Below are positions 27,058 to 36,734 of a stretch of DNA of 43,323 bases, piece after piece. This DNA is from Thiotrichales bacterium (GTDB lineage Bacteria; Pseudomonadota; Gammaproteobacteria; CAZUMV01). The notes below the pieces were generated by a model. The model worked only from the letters and a program-made list of their open reading frames with translations, had not been told where the DNA came from and did not search any database. Positions within the stretch are counted from its first letter, which is position 1, and the number at the start of each line of letters is the position of its first letter. The stretch lies in contig DTYI01000133.1 in the NCBI GenBank assembly GCA_012961935.1, positions 1 to 43,323 of the forward strand, read 5' to 3'. Both the position numbers and the translations under genes were made by a program.

Positions 27058-27168
27058 AACAAGTTGGATTGTTTTCTGACCTGTTACGTTGATGCAGATG
27101 GTTCGGTGACCACGGATATTGAGGTTTCCGAAGGGGTGTATAATATGTAAAAGTAAAGTAAGGAGGAG

Positions 27169-28290
27169 ATGATGAAGCATGTCCTGTTGATATGTGCTGT
27201 TGTACTGCTGTCTGCGTGTAACCCGTCTGAAAAAAATGAAGCAAATAAAAAGGAGGTGGCAGCAGCAACCGAAAATGAATTCAGCCGTGAAGAAGTTGAT
27301 CATGCGTTTGGTACGAAAGCAGGGAAAACGGTTTACCCGGAAACCGCAATCGACACCACGGCAACACCAAATATTGTCATTGACGAAAAGTCCAGCTCAG
27401 ACGAGCCGCTAAAGTTTTATGAAATTTCAAAAAATACCTTTATGTTTTTTGGAAACATTGCGGAGGTGGATGAGGTTAATCGGGGCAGCAATGGTAATGC
27501 TGGTTTTGTGATCACGGATGAAGGTGTCGTGGTGATTGATTCCCTGGGTTCCCCAAAACTTGGGAAACAAATCATCGCGAGTGTTAAGGAAAAAACTGAC
27601 AAACCAATTCGTTATTTAATTATTACCCACAACCATCCCGACCACGCATACGGCGCGCCTGTTTTTCGAATGCTAAAAGACGTAACAGTCATTGGTCATG
27701 AAGGCACGCTAAAATATTTAAACTCTGATCGCATCGATCATTCAGTCGCTTATCGCAAAACATTTATCGCTGCGGATATGGAAGGTTTTGAGGCCGTTGA
27801 GCCCGATGTGCTTGTTGGCGGTGAACGTTTTTCAAAACACAGTTTTACGCTGGGTGGAAAGACGTTTGATATCTACAACACGGGCGCACATCATTCTTAT
27901 GGTGATCTGGTTGTGCATCAGGTTGAAGATAATATCGTCTGGATTTCCGACCTGGCATTTAATCAGCGCGTGACCTTTATGGCGGATGGCGGTTCGCAGA
28001 CGGCGATAGAAGGCCAGAACTGGTTGCTGGAAAAATTCGCTGATGCAAAGTTAATGGTGCCGGGGCATGGCAGTGCTCAGACACCACCATTCGAAATGGT
28101 CAGTAAAACACGTAGCTATATGCAGCGTTTGCGTGAGGTGATGACTAAAGCAGTTGAAGAAGATGTTGAGTTACAGGACGCAGTCGAATCGAATGAATTT
28201 GAAGACTGGAAAGATGTTCGTCTGTATAAATTAAATCACCGAAAGAACCTGGAGTTTGTTTACAGGGAAATGGAACAGGAATTATTTTGA
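27169..28290 (+). CDS. MBL-fold metallo-hydrolase lipoprotein, SoxH-like
   Basis: Lipobox LSAC, N.GFVIT.EGVVVIDS, THNHPDH, H-S-Y-G-D, SDL, VPGHG; strong AGGAGG RBS. Confidence 0.8.
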   Translation: MMKHVLLICAVVLLSACNPSEKNEANKKEVAAATENEFSREEVDHAFGTKAGKTVYPETAIDTTATPNIVIDEKSSSDEPLKFYEISKNTFMFFGNIAEVDEVNRGSNGNAGFVITDEGVVVIDSLGSPKLGKQIIASVKEKTDKPIRYLIITHNHPDHAYGAPVFRMLKDVTVIGHEGTLKYLNSDRIDHSVAYRKTFIAADMEGFEAVEPDVLVGGERFSKHSFTLGGKTFDIYNTGAHHSYGDLVVHQVEDNIVWISDLAFNQRVTFMADGGSQTAIEGQNWLLEKFADAKLMVPGHGSAQTPPFEMVSKTRSYMQRLREVMTKAVEEDVELQDAVESNEFEDWKDVRLYKLNHRKNLEFVYREMEQELF

Positions 28291-28296
28291 TAAAAT

Positions 28297-29271
28297 TTAA
28301 ACAGCTGTTGCTGTAAGAATTGCACGCAAAGGTGCTGGGTGTCCTTCAATTGTTTTATTTGGATCGTGCGGGTCAAGAAAGTCTGCCAGTGATTCAAATT
28401 CCATCCAGTCTGTTTGTCGTTGTTCTTCAGTTGTTGTTGGCGTGATATCGACAACTTTTATTTCATCAAACCCGCTGCGCTTAAGCCATGTAATTAGGGT
28501 TGGTGTGTCAGGAATAAACCAGACGTTACGCATTTTTGCATAGCGGCCTTCCGGCATGAAAACTTTTCCAACATTGCCGTCAATGATTAGTGTTTCCAGA
28601 ATTAATTCGCCACCAGGCCGCAGGCAGTCATGTAATTTGAATAAATGGCCCATGGGGGAACGGCGGTGGTAAAGTACGCCCATCGAGAAAACGCTGTCAA
28701 AGGCCTGTAAATTATTCGTCATATCTTCCAGCGTTTGTGGCAATACATCGATCAATAAATTATCCGTAAAATGTTTGATTGCGTGAAACTGCATCACATA
28801 GAGCATGGTGGGTTCAATGCCGATAACCTGTTTTGCCCCGGCACCCAATATCCGCCAGCAGTGGTAACCACTACCACAGCCAACGTCCAGAACCTGCCGC
28901 CCGGTTAACGGCTGAATGTGGTCTTTCAGGCGATCCCATTTCCAGTCTGAATGCCATTCTGTTTCGATGTGGATGCCAAAAATATCGAATGGCCCTTTGC
29001 GCCAGGGGTGTAGTTTGCGTAGTGTGTTTTCAAGCTGATTATGTTGTGAGTGACTCAGCTCTTCTTGTGCGCCTATTTTGACAAATGACTGGTCTAAAGC
29101 GATATCCGTTGTTTTAATCTTCGGTAACTCTGCAAGTATTTCCAGCCACTCGTTCAGGCGGCCATGTTTTTTGCTGGTCAGTTCATTATTTATTTTATCT
29201 GGCAGCGTTTCCAGCCAGGGCGCGAGCGATGATTCTGAAAGCCGCTCGTAAAGGTGTTTGTAATTAATCAT
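28297..29271 (-). CDS. cmoB: tRNA U34 carboxymethyltransferase
   Basis: PWRKGPF, TEW.SDWKW.R, LDVGCGSGYH, SMGVLYHRRSP, RYAKMRNVWF.P, EQR.T.WM, TIEG.PAP.RA. Confidence 0.96.
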   Translation of the reverse strand: MINYKHLYERLSESSLAPWLETLPDKINNELTSKKHGRLNEWLEILAELPKIKTTDIALDQSFVKIGAQEELSHSQHNQLENTLRKLHPWRKGPFDIFGIHIETEWHSDWKWDRLKDHIQPLTGRQVLDVGCGSGYHCWRILGAGAKQVIGIEPTMLYVMQFHAIKHFTDNLLIDVLPQTLEDMTNNLQAFDSVFSMGVLYHRRSPMGHLFKLHDCLRPGGELILETLIIDGNVGKVFMPEGRYAKMRNVWFIPDTPTLITWLKRSGFDEIKVVDITPTTTEEQRQTDWMEFESLADFLDPHDPNKTIEGHPAPLRAILTATAV

Positions 29272-29331
29272 TAACAGGGGTGAATACTGTGGTGAAATAT
29301 TGCGCCCATGATAATGAATAAAAATTAAATA

Positions 29332-29760
29332 ATGAACTGGAAACGCTGGCTATTGCCGTTACTTTTGAGTGCGACTGCGCTGGCTTTTCAATATCTCCCT
29401 GAGAGTGGTGTTTTAAACATCACCACGCACAGTGCGGGCGAGGTGCTAGAGGCCTATGAAAATCAGCGGTCTGGTCTTTGGGTCGGCGTGTCAGGAGAGG
29501 TGGTCAGGATTATGAAGGATGACAATTTGGGTTCACGTCATCAGCGATTCATCTTGCGTCTCGAGAATGGACATACCGTTTTAGTCTCACACAATATTGA
29601 TCTGGCGCCGCGACTGCCTTTGCAGGAAGGTGATCAACCTGAGTTGAGAGGGCGTTATGAATGGAATCATAAAGGTGGCGTTATCCATTGGACGCACCAT
29701 GACCCGAAAGGCCAGTTGCCAGGCGGGTGGATTACGCTAAAAGGTAGAAAATATCAATAG
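29332..29760 (+). CDS. DUF3465 domain protein
   Basis: DD..GSRHQRFIL, HNIDLAPR, G.YEWN.KGGVIHWTH.DP.G...GGW. Confidence 0.85.
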   Translation: MNWKRWLLPLLLSATALAFQYLPESGVLNITTHSAGEVLEAYENQRSGLWVGVSGEVVRIMKDDNLGSRHQRFILRLENGHTVLVSHNIDLAPRLPLQEGDQPELRGRYEWNHKGGVIHWTHHDPKGQLPGGWITLKGRKYQ

Positions 29761-29822
29761 GCAGATTTACAAAGTGTGACTCGCGCCACCTTCTGGAAAT
29801 ATACTATACTTGAGGTACAAGC

Positions 29823-30041
29823 ATGGAGAACAGAATGCAGATGAGCACAATAGACAGGACGCCGACGGCAGGGTGTAGAAGGGCAGTAATGGATCGTAGG
29901 GTGAATGAGAAACTGGCAAAGTTTCCGTTGATTGATTCTAATGGTATCTATGTCGTCAGCGACAGGCGCAGGCTCCCGGACAGGCGAGTGAATGGTATCG
30001 TTGTTTCCTGGGGGGTTAATATCGATATAGATTCAGATTAA
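29823..30041 (+). CDS. Small hypothetical protein with repeated RRxxxDRR motifs
   Basis: GAGG RBS; RRAVMDRR and DRRRLPDRR flank FPLIDSNG. Confidence 0.6.
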   Translation: MENRMQMSTIDRTPTAGCRRAVMDRRVNEKLAKFPLIDSNGIYVVSDRRRLPDRRVNGIVVSWGVNIDIDSD

Positions 30042-30072
30042 CCTTTTTGGGTTGATCAAGGGCTTATGTGGC

Positions 30073-30564
30073 CTATTTTTCCTGTTCGAGTTCCTGAAGT
30101 TCGGCGTCCCTTATACCGTTGATGGTGGCTTCAATGTGAAGCGTTTTGCCTGCCAAGGGGTGGTTAAGATCGATAAGTACTTCGTTTCCCTCAACACTCA
30201 GAACGGTTACGAGCTGTACGCCACTTCCGGTTGGAATTTCAAACAGCATGCCGGCTGTAATGTCATGGGTTGTTTCGAATAATGCAGCCTCCAGGGTCGT
30301 GGTTTTTTCTGCATCATGCTCTCCATAAGCTTGTTCTGGAAGTAGCGTGACTTTTGCGGTATCACCGGCTGATTTCCCTTCGAGCGCCTCTTGTAATTCA
30401 CTGAATAATTTTTTCCCCCCGTGCACATAGCTTAGCGGGGCGGAATCACTGGTTGAGTCAAGCAGGTCGCCATTGTCGTCCTTGATGGTATAGTCAATTT
30501 CTATGACTTTGCCTGATGCTACGACAGACTCCTTTTCTACGTTTTTTCCAAATTTCATCTGCAT
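30073..30564 (-). CDS. slyD: FKBP-type peptidyl-prolyl isomerase, SlyD-like
   Basis: IDYT, PL.Y.HG, PEQAYG, D.NHPLAGK.L, IRDA...EL; no His-rich tail. Confidence 0.85.
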   Translation of the reverse strand: MQMKFGKNVEKESVVASGKVIEIDYTIKDDNGDLLDSTSDSAPLSYVHGGKKLFSELQEALEGKSAGDTAKVTLLPEQAYGEHDAEKTTTLEAALFETTHDITAGMLFEIPTGSGVQLVTVLSVEGNEVLIDLNHPLAGKTLHIEATINGIRDAELQELEQEK

Positions 30565-30677
30565 AATCCTCTAACACGCTTTACAGCCATATTACCTAAC
30601 TGTCTGGTCAGGAACCAGTACCGGGAACTCTGGAATAGAACAGGTATGTATTTTTGTGACCTGTTTGGAGCATCAGT

Positions 30678-31160
30678 TCACCTTGTCAATAAATGCGGTG
30701 TGTGCTTTTTCAGCCACGTCCTGGCTTCTTCGGCATCCTGCTCGAACCATGCCTGAGTACTACCCAGCCTGAAACTGTAGCCCCAGGTATCCATATCTTC
30801 CATACAGGTAGCTGCGCTATAACCTTGAATCTGATCAGCCAGCAGGATCTGTAAGTAACAGACCGCATTTTCCTCATCATAATCACCACCCGCATCGGTA
30901 TGCAGATTTACTCTTCGTGCATCAGGCATACAAATATAATGACAGGCTTCGTGCAGGAGAGAATGTATCGGGGTATCGGCACGAACATAGAGCTGGTTGC
31001 TGATCAGCCCGGCTTCGGGGTTTCCCCAGAATGAGCCTGGTATATCGTTGTTTAGCGGGACGTGGTGAATTGTCAGGCCATGGTTGGCCAGAAGTGCAGC
31101 AATGTCATTTTTATTTAAGTCATTGAAATAAATCATATTTGTCTGGGTTCTAGTCGTCAT
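30678..31160 (-). CDS. Hypothetical protein with HExxH (zincin-like) motif
   Basis: IPGSFWG..EAGL, LLHEACH, EENAVCYLQ, DMD.WGYSFRLGS. Confidence 0.7.
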   Translation of the reverse strand: MTTRTQTNMIYFNDLNKNDIAALLANHGLTIHHVPLNNDIPGSFWGNPEAGLISNQLYVRADTPIHSLLHEACHYICMPDARRVNLHTDAGGDYDEENAVCYLQILLADQIQGYSAATCMEDMDTWGYSFRLGSTQAWFEQDAEEARTWLKKHTPHLLTR

Positions 31161-31301
31161 TTCTACAAATTACCAAATGGATCACATAAACCCTGGAACC
31201 CTTTTGTAAGAATGATTGTCTACTTTTTACAACAGTGTTATTTTAAAACATCAGTTTAGCTGACAGATTACAGGAAACCTGATTGTTCAGGGCGGGTTTT
31301 T

Positions 31302-31943
31302 ATGAAAGGGCAAACATCAAAATCGATAATCCGACATGCACAGCAAGGCATTTTGATATGTCTGTTTTTTGGCGTGGTGATTCCGGCTTTCGCTGGTCCT
31401 TATGTCGATTATGGTGTTTCTAACCTGCTTGAAAATTCTCAGGCGACCCGGCAGTTTAATCAGCGTTTTGGTTTCAGTTCCAGCCTGTATCATGATGACA
31501 TCATCGCTTCCTCATTTTTTGAGCTACAGCGGGAAATTGATACGGTTTCGCTACTTTCTGACTGGTACCCGAGGCATGGCTTGTTCCGTCTGAGTGCTGG
31601 CGTTCTTTACCAGCCTGAAGATATAAAACAAAAACAACATAAGCAACCGTTTCAGCTTCCGTTGCTGCTCCCCAATATCGAGACGGGTTTTTCTGGTCTG
31701 TCAACAGATGGCGTATCGCCTTATGTCGGGCTTGGCTGGGGGAACAATCAGTGGCAAGGATCAAAGCTGGGTTTCAATGTTGATATGGGTGTGCTTTATC
31801 AGCCTGATGAAAGGCTACTGGATAATAAAGCTGTTGACGCCTACAGGGAAAATACCAAACCCTCCGCGAATAACTTTCTTCGCAGCCTGGAAGACCTTGA
31901 ACTCTCACCTGTCTTTTCGCTGGGTGTTTCCTATAACTTTTAG
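31302..31943 (+). CDS. Outer-membrane beta-barrel protein
   Basis: Signal peptide; amphipathic strands DWYP..FRLSAG, PYVGLGWG, D.GVLYQ; C-terminal LGVSYNF BAM signal. Confidence 0.75.
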   Translation: MKGQTSKSIIRHAQQGILICLFFGVVIPAFAGPYVDYGVSNLLENSQATRQFNQRFGFSSSLYHDDIIASSFFELQREIDTVSLLSDWYPRHGLFRLSAGVLYQPEDIKQKQHKQPFQLPLLLPNIETGFSGLSTDGVSPYVGLGWGNNQWQGSKLGFNVDMGVLYQPDERLLDNKAVDAYRENTKPSANNFLRSLEDLELSPVFSLGVSYNF

Positions 31944-32040
31944 TCATACCCGCGCGCAAAAAAACTGGCCTGATTGCAAACAGGTGTAATTCTGCTATCT
32001 TTGCGATTGTCATGAAAATATAAACAGAAAGGAACAAGCA

Positions 32041-32853
32041 ATGACCGAGAATCCTTACCAACCACCTAAAGTGACTGTGTCAGACCCAGTTGATATGAGT
32101 GAGAGTGGGCTAGTCGAACCCAAAAAACTATCAGCAGGCAGAGGCTGGGGCTGGATTCAGGATGCCTTTAAATATTTTATGAGCAGTCCAGCCATCTGGA
32201 TTGTAAACGTGATTATTCTGCTTGTGATCATGATGGTACTGGCCTTTATTCCACTTATCGGCAGCCTGGCGGCTAATATTCTTGCGCCCATCTTCACGGG
32301 TGGTCTGATGCTAGGTTGTGCAGCACAGGATCGGGGCGAACAACTGACTGTCGGGCATTTATTTGAGGGGTTCCAGAAAAACACCGGTAACCTTGCGATG
32401 GTCGGTGTGTTGTATATGGTCGCTATGATTGTGGTTGTTGTCATTATAACTTTGCTGATGATGGTGATGGGAGGGGGATCTGGATTGTTTCCCATGATGG
32501 CCGGAATAGACTCTGACGCAGGCCCTTCACCTGATCAAGTTCAGTCGCTATTTGCGGTGGGTGGTATTGCAATATTAATTGGCCTGGCTTTGATTGTTCC
32601 GGTGGTAATGGCCTATTTTTTCGCGCCAGCTTTAGTTGTCCACCACGATCTGGGTGCGATTGAAGCGATGAAATTAAGCTTTAAAGGTTGCCTGAAAAAT
32701 ATTATCCCGTTTCTGATTTATGGCGTCATCGCTGTCGTGTTGGCAATTGTTGCCAGTGTCCCTTTCTTTTTAGGCTGGCTGGTTTTAGCGCCAGTACTGA
32801 CAGCCGCAATTTATGTGGCTTATAAAGAAATTTTCACTGAAAAAATCGAATAA
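32041..32853 (+). CDS. BPSS1780-family membrane protein
   Basis: NPYQPP N-terminus, G.GW.W, FAPALV, AMK.SF.GC.KN..PFL.YG; multi-TM. Confidence 0.8.
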   Translation: MTENPYQPPKVTVSDPVDMSESGLVEPKKLSAGRGWGWIQDAFKYFMSSPAIWIVNVIILLVIMMVLAFIPLIGSLAANILAPIFTGGLMLGCAAQDRGEQLTVGHLFEGFQKNTGNLAMVGVLYMVAMIVVVVIITLLMMVMGGGSGLFPMMAGIDSDAGPSPDQVQSLFAVGGIAILIGLALIVPVVMAYFFAPALVVHHDLGAIEAMKLSFKGCLKNIIPFLIYGVIAVVLAIVASVPFFLGWLVLAPVLTAAIYVAYKEIFTEKIE

Positions 32854-32897
32854 TTCAGCGTTAAAAACATCCCTTTAGTTGGAGTGCTTTCACTGGT

Positions 32898-33959
32898 TTA
32901 TTCTTCCAGCAACTTTAGTTGAGTATCCTTTGAAGCGGTATCAAACTGCATGCCGATACCGACCAGCCGAACGGGTTGTTGACATTTCCCCCATGCTTCA
33001 AGCAATAGCTTTTTATACAGGGATTGCCTGGATTTTAATGCAGGTATCTGATGAGTCGTCACTCTAAAGTCATAATACTTCAGCTTAATGAAAATGGTCT
33101 TGACAGGTCCCGGAGGTTTTTGCTGGATATTTTCATAGCGGTGTTGTAATTCTGTAAAAAGGTCGGGCAGGGTGTCTAGCAATTCTTTTTCGTTGCGCAG
33201 ATTTTTTTCAAAAGTCCGTTCAACACTAAGCGATTTTCTGATGCGTTTTGTTTTAACGGGACGCTCATCAACTCCGCGCGCATAGCCGTAGAGACTTTCA
33301 CCTAATTTCCCAAACTGTTGCAATAGTTTTTCAGCCGACCATTGTTGCAAGTCAGCACAAGTTTCTACATGTAAAAGTTTTAATTTCTTTTCGGTGACAG
33401 GCCCCACTCCGGGAATTTTACCAACGGGCAGGGCGCTGACAAAATCATAGACTTCATCGGGGGTAATGACAAATTGTCCATTCGGTTTGTTCCAGTCGCT
33501 AGCAACTTTGGCCAGGAATTTATTCGGTGCGATGCCTGCTGACGCGGTTAATTTTTGCTGTGAAAAAATATCTTTTCGAATTGCTTTTGCAATTAAGGTG
33601 GCGCTGCCCTGATGCAAGTCTACTTCGCTCACATCCAGAAAAGCTTCATCCAGAGACAGGGGTTCGATAAGCTGCGTATAGCGTTGAAAAATTTTATGAA
33701 TTTCAGCGGAGGCTTTTTTATATTTATCCATGTGTACCGGCAGCAGCACAACTTTGGGGCAAAGTTTCAAAGCCTGCGCGGAAGGCATGGCAGAATGCAG
33801 GCCGTATTTTCGGGCAATATAATTACAGGTGGTCAGCACGCCGCGCCCGTCTGGACGGCCGCCGACAGCAACGGGTTTGTTGGCCAGATCAGGCCGGTCA
33901 CGAATTTCAATCGCCGCGTAAAAGCAATCCATATCGACATGGATTATTTTTCGCTGCAC
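32898..33959 (-). CDS. dinB: DNA polymerase IV
   Basis: RKIIHVDMDCFYAA, NY.AR.YG, SLDEAFLD, KFLAKVASDWNKPNG, RKSLSVERT. Confidence 0.96.
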   Translation of the reverse strand: MQRKIIHVDMDCFYAAIEIRDRPDLANKPVAVGGRPDGRGVLTTCNYIARKYGLHSAMPSAQALKLCPKVVLLPVHMDKYKKASAEIHKIFQRYTQLIEPLSLDEAFLDVSEVDLHQGSATLIAKAIRKDIFSQQKLTASAGIAPNKFLAKVASDWNKPNGQFVITPDEVYDFVSALPVGKIPGVGPVTEKKLKLLHVETCADLQQWSAEKLLQQFGKLGESLYGYARGVDERPVKTKRIRKSLSVERTFEKNLRNEKELLDTLPDLFTELQHRYENIQQKPPGPVKTIFIKLKYYDFRVTTHQIPALKSRQSLYKKLLLEAWGKCQQPVRLVGIGMQFDTASKDTQLKLLEE

Positions 33960-33962
33960 GAG

Positions 33963-34205
33963 TTAACCTTGTTGCTCAGCCCACTCCTCAGGCGTGTAGG
34001 CTTTAATGGTCAGCGCATGAATTGCACCGCTGGCAATATGCTCGTTCAGTAGCTTGTAGACAAGCTGGTGTTCTTTGACCATGCTGAGTCCTTCAAAAGC
34101 CGAGCTGATGACAGTGGCTTCAAATTTGCTGCCGTCGCCTGTGACAATGGCCTGACTGTCAGCAAGGCTGGATTCAATAATTTTCTGGATGTCGTCCGGG
34201 TTCAT
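33963..34205 (-). CDS. BolA family protein (IbaG-like)
   Basis: GDGSKF, FEGLS.VK.HQ.VY, IHAL.IKA.TP.EW. Confidence 0.9.
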   Translation of the reverse strand: MNPDDIQKIIESSLADSQAIVTGDGSKFEATVISSAFEGLSMVKEHQLVYKLLNEHIASGAIHALTIKAYTPEEWAEQQG

Positions 34206-34224
34206 AATAATGGTATCGATATTG

Positions 34225-35559
34225 TTAGCGGTGAAATTTTAAACGATGACCGGGCTGAGAAGAAATAAAATTCCCGTCGTGATAAACCAGTTCACCCGAG
34301 ACCATCGTGCTGTGAATACGTGAGCGAAAACGGTAACCATCAAAAGGTGTCCAGCCGCACTTTGACAGTGCCGTGTCATGACTTGCCAGCGTTGGCTGAT
34401 TCAAGTCGATCAGCACCAGATCAGCCCAGTAACCTTCGCGTATGTAACCGCGTTCATGAATATTAAAACATTCTGCAACAGCATGGCTGGTTTTGTGCGC
34501 AATAAAAGGCAGAGTAAACTCACCATCATGATAATGTTCCAGCACAACCAGCAGCGCATGTTGCACCAGTGGCAAGCCGGAGGGTGCCTGAAAATAATTG
34601 CCCTGTTTTTCCTCCCAGCTGTGTGGTGCGTGGTCGGTGGCAATCAGATCGAGACGATTTTCATGCAAGGCCTGAATAATGGCAGCTTTATCTGCTGCTG
34701 TTTTAATCGCGGGGTTACATTTTATTAACGCGCCTTTTTCAGCGTAGTCTTCGTCGCTGAAATGCAGGAAGTGTACGCAGGCTTCAGCCGTGATTTTTTT
34801 ATTTGTCAGTGGTTCGGCGTCAAAACCTAGTGCTTCTTCTGCTGTTGTGATGTGTAAAACATGCAGGCGTGAATCAAAACGTTTCGCCAGCTCAATGGCG
34901 AGTTGGGATGATTTAATACAGGCTTCGCGTGAACGAATTTCCGGGTGCAGTTCAATCGGGATATCGTCGCCATATTTTTCGCGCATTTTGGCTTCGTTGG
35001 CGAGAATGGTTGGCGTGTCTTCGCAATGCGTCGCGATCAGTGTCGGCGCATGCTCGAAAATGCCTTCTAGTGTCGCCGGATCATCGACCAGCATATTGCC
35101 GGTCGATGCGCCCATGAAAACTTTTATGCCACAGGCTGCTTTGGGGTCGAGGCGTTTAATGTTTTCCAGATTATTGTTGGCCGCGCCGAAATAGAACGAA
35201 TAATTAGCTAACGATTTTTGACTGGCGAGGCTGTATTTTTCTTCGAGTATTTCCGAGGTTAAAGTATTTGGAATCGTGTTCGGCATGTCCATGAAGCTGG
35301 TGATGCCGCCGGCAACCGCCGCTCGAGATTCGGTTGCCAGCTCACCCTTGTGCGTCAGGCCGGGTTCGCGAAAATGTACCTGGCTGTCGATCATGCCTGG
35401 AAATAAAGCCATGCCTTTGGCGTCTATGGTGGTGTCTGCATCGTAGCTGGACAAATCACCAGCGATTTTTTCAAAACGGCCATTTTTAATCAGCACATCG
35501 CCTTCGGTGATGTCGCCTTCGTTGACAATTTTTGCATTCAGAATCAAATATGTGCTCAT
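34225..35559 (-). CDS. pyrC: Dihydroorotase (type I/amidohydrolase)
   Basis: QVHFREPG, MPNT, K.FMG.STG, HCED, HVLH, KCNP, ATDHAPH. Start probably ATG 35559. Confidence 0.9.
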   Translation of the reverse strand: MSTYLILNAKIVNEGDITEGDVLIKNGRFEKIAGDLSSYDADTTIDAKGMALFPGMIDSQVHFREPGLTHKGELATESRAAVAGGITSFMDMPNTIPNTLTSEILEEKYSLASQKSLANYSFYFGAANNNLENIKRLDPKAACGIKVFMGASTGNMLVDDPATLEGIFEHAPTLIATHCEDTPTILANEAKMREKYGDDIPIELHPEIRSREACIKSSQLAIELAKRFDSRLHVLHITTAEEALGFDAEPLTNKKITAEACVHFLHFSDEDYAEKGALIKCNPAIKTAADKAAIIQALHENRLDLIATDHAPHSWEEKQGNYFQAPSGLPLVQHALLVVLEHYHDGEFTLPFIAHKTSHAVAECFNIHERGYIREGYWADLVLIDLNQPTLASHDTALSKCGWTPFDGYRFRSRIHSTMVSGELVYHDGNFISSQPGHRLKFHR

Positions 35560-35586
35560 ATTCTCTAGCATACCTGAATTAGTGGC

Positions 35587-36195
35587 TTATAAGAACGAAG
35601 AGCCGGGTTGGGTGAGGAATTCTATTTCTTCAGCTGTGGACTTTCGTCCAAGTATGGCGTTGAGATCGGGAAAACGACCAAAGCGGTCGATAACTTCCTT
35701 GTGTCGGATGGCGAAGTTCAGGGTTGAGGCATATTCATGGCGGATAGCTTCCGGCAGGCTGTCAATCAGTGCGGTAAAAGCGGCCACGCTTTGTATTTGT
35801 ACTTCGCGGTCTTCTGCATGCTCAAGCGGCAAGTAATAGAAAACACGCTGGGCCGGCAGCAATTTTTTATCATAACCTTTTTTAATGCCTTCAAATACAA
35901 GCTGCTGCGCCTGTTTATCCTGTGCAAATGCGCGCGCAGTCTCACGATAAATATGACGTGAAAACTGATCCAGTAAAATAACCAGGGCCAGTGAAGTCAG
36001 CGGTTGTTGCTGCCAGTGGTTCAGTTTGTTTTCGTAAGTTTGCTGGTGCAGTTTTCCAAAACGCTGGGTGATGATTTTGTCGTAAGCTTTGCCATTGCGA
36101 AACCAAATTTCCGATTGTGTTTTGGGGTAGTGCAATCCCAGTTCTTTTTCTCCAAACCAGAATTCCAGGATTTCTTTAGCTGCGTCTGTGTTCAA
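35587..36195 (-). CDS. DUF924 family protein
   Basis: IL.FWF, ILLDQFSR.IYR, F.YLP.EH.E, H...I.RFGRFP..N..LGR.ST.EE..FL. Confidence 0.9.
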   Translation of the reverse strand: MNTDAAKEILEFWFGEKELGLHYPKTQSEIWFRNGKAYDKIITQRFGKLHQQTYENKLNHWQQQPLTSLALVILLDQFSRHIYRETARAFAQDKQAQQLVFEGIKKGYDKKLLPAQRVFYYLPLEHAEDREVQIQSVAAFTALIDSLPEAIRHEYASTLNFAIRHKEVIDRFGRFPDLNAILGRKSTAEEIEFLTQPGSSFL

Positions 36196-36673
36196 TGACT
36201 TTGAGCTTGGGGCCGTCTAATGCGTATGCTTTAGCAAAACCTTGTACATAATTTCCGCTGAGCACTTCAAAACGGATCAGGTGAAAATCGGGCAGGCTTT
36301 TTAGTAGTTCGATGGTGTTGCCGAAGCGGGCTTCCATTTGATCAAGCATTGCAGGCCAGTCAGGGTTTTCGCGTGGTATGAAGGTGGCTTGTGTTTCAAG
36401 GGTGAGGCGTTGTCGGGCGAAGATGTTTTTGCTGTCTGTTTCAGCAGCGGTAAACATCAGGCTGGCGCGCGGATTGGTTAACAGGTTTTTTGTATGCTGA
36501 GCCAGTTCACTGACGAAGACGTATAAGTGCCCTTGCTCGTCTCGCAGAAAAGGAGCATAACTGCAATCGGGCTGGCCATCTTTTGATACAGTGGCCAGCA
36601 GCAGCGTTTTGAATTGCTCAAGAAAAGCATTGGCTTCCGCTTGCAGGGCTTGACTGCTTGATAGTGTTGGCAT
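36176..36673 (-). CDS. HugZ/HutZ-like PNPOx-fold (haem/FMN-binding) protein
   Basis: LAT...G.P..SYAPF, S.LA.HT.NL, FAR.RL, L..LPDF.L, GF.KAY. Start moved to ATG 36673. Confidence 0.82.
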   Translation of the reverse strand: MPTLSSSQALQAEANAFLEQFKTLLLATVSKDGQPDCSYAPFLRDEQGHLYVFVSELAQHTKNLLTNPRASLMFTAAETDSKNIFARQRLTLETQATFIPRENPDWPAMLDQMEARFGNTIELLKSLPDFHLIRFEVLSGNYVQGFAKAYALDGPKLKVIEHRRS

Positions 36674-36734
36674 TAGAAAAAAGCAAAACCATGTGCAGGG
36701 ATTGCACCTGCACATGATCGATTAAGCGCTGTAG

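Noticed and set aside
29775-29790. CRP site TGTGA-N6-CCACC
   Set aside because: Only one good half-site, and spacing to the nearby TATACT does not fit standard CRP promoter classes.
30073-30564. SlyD truncation as a pseudogene
   Set aside because: The FKBP and IF domains are complete, and tail-less SlyD proteins are common.
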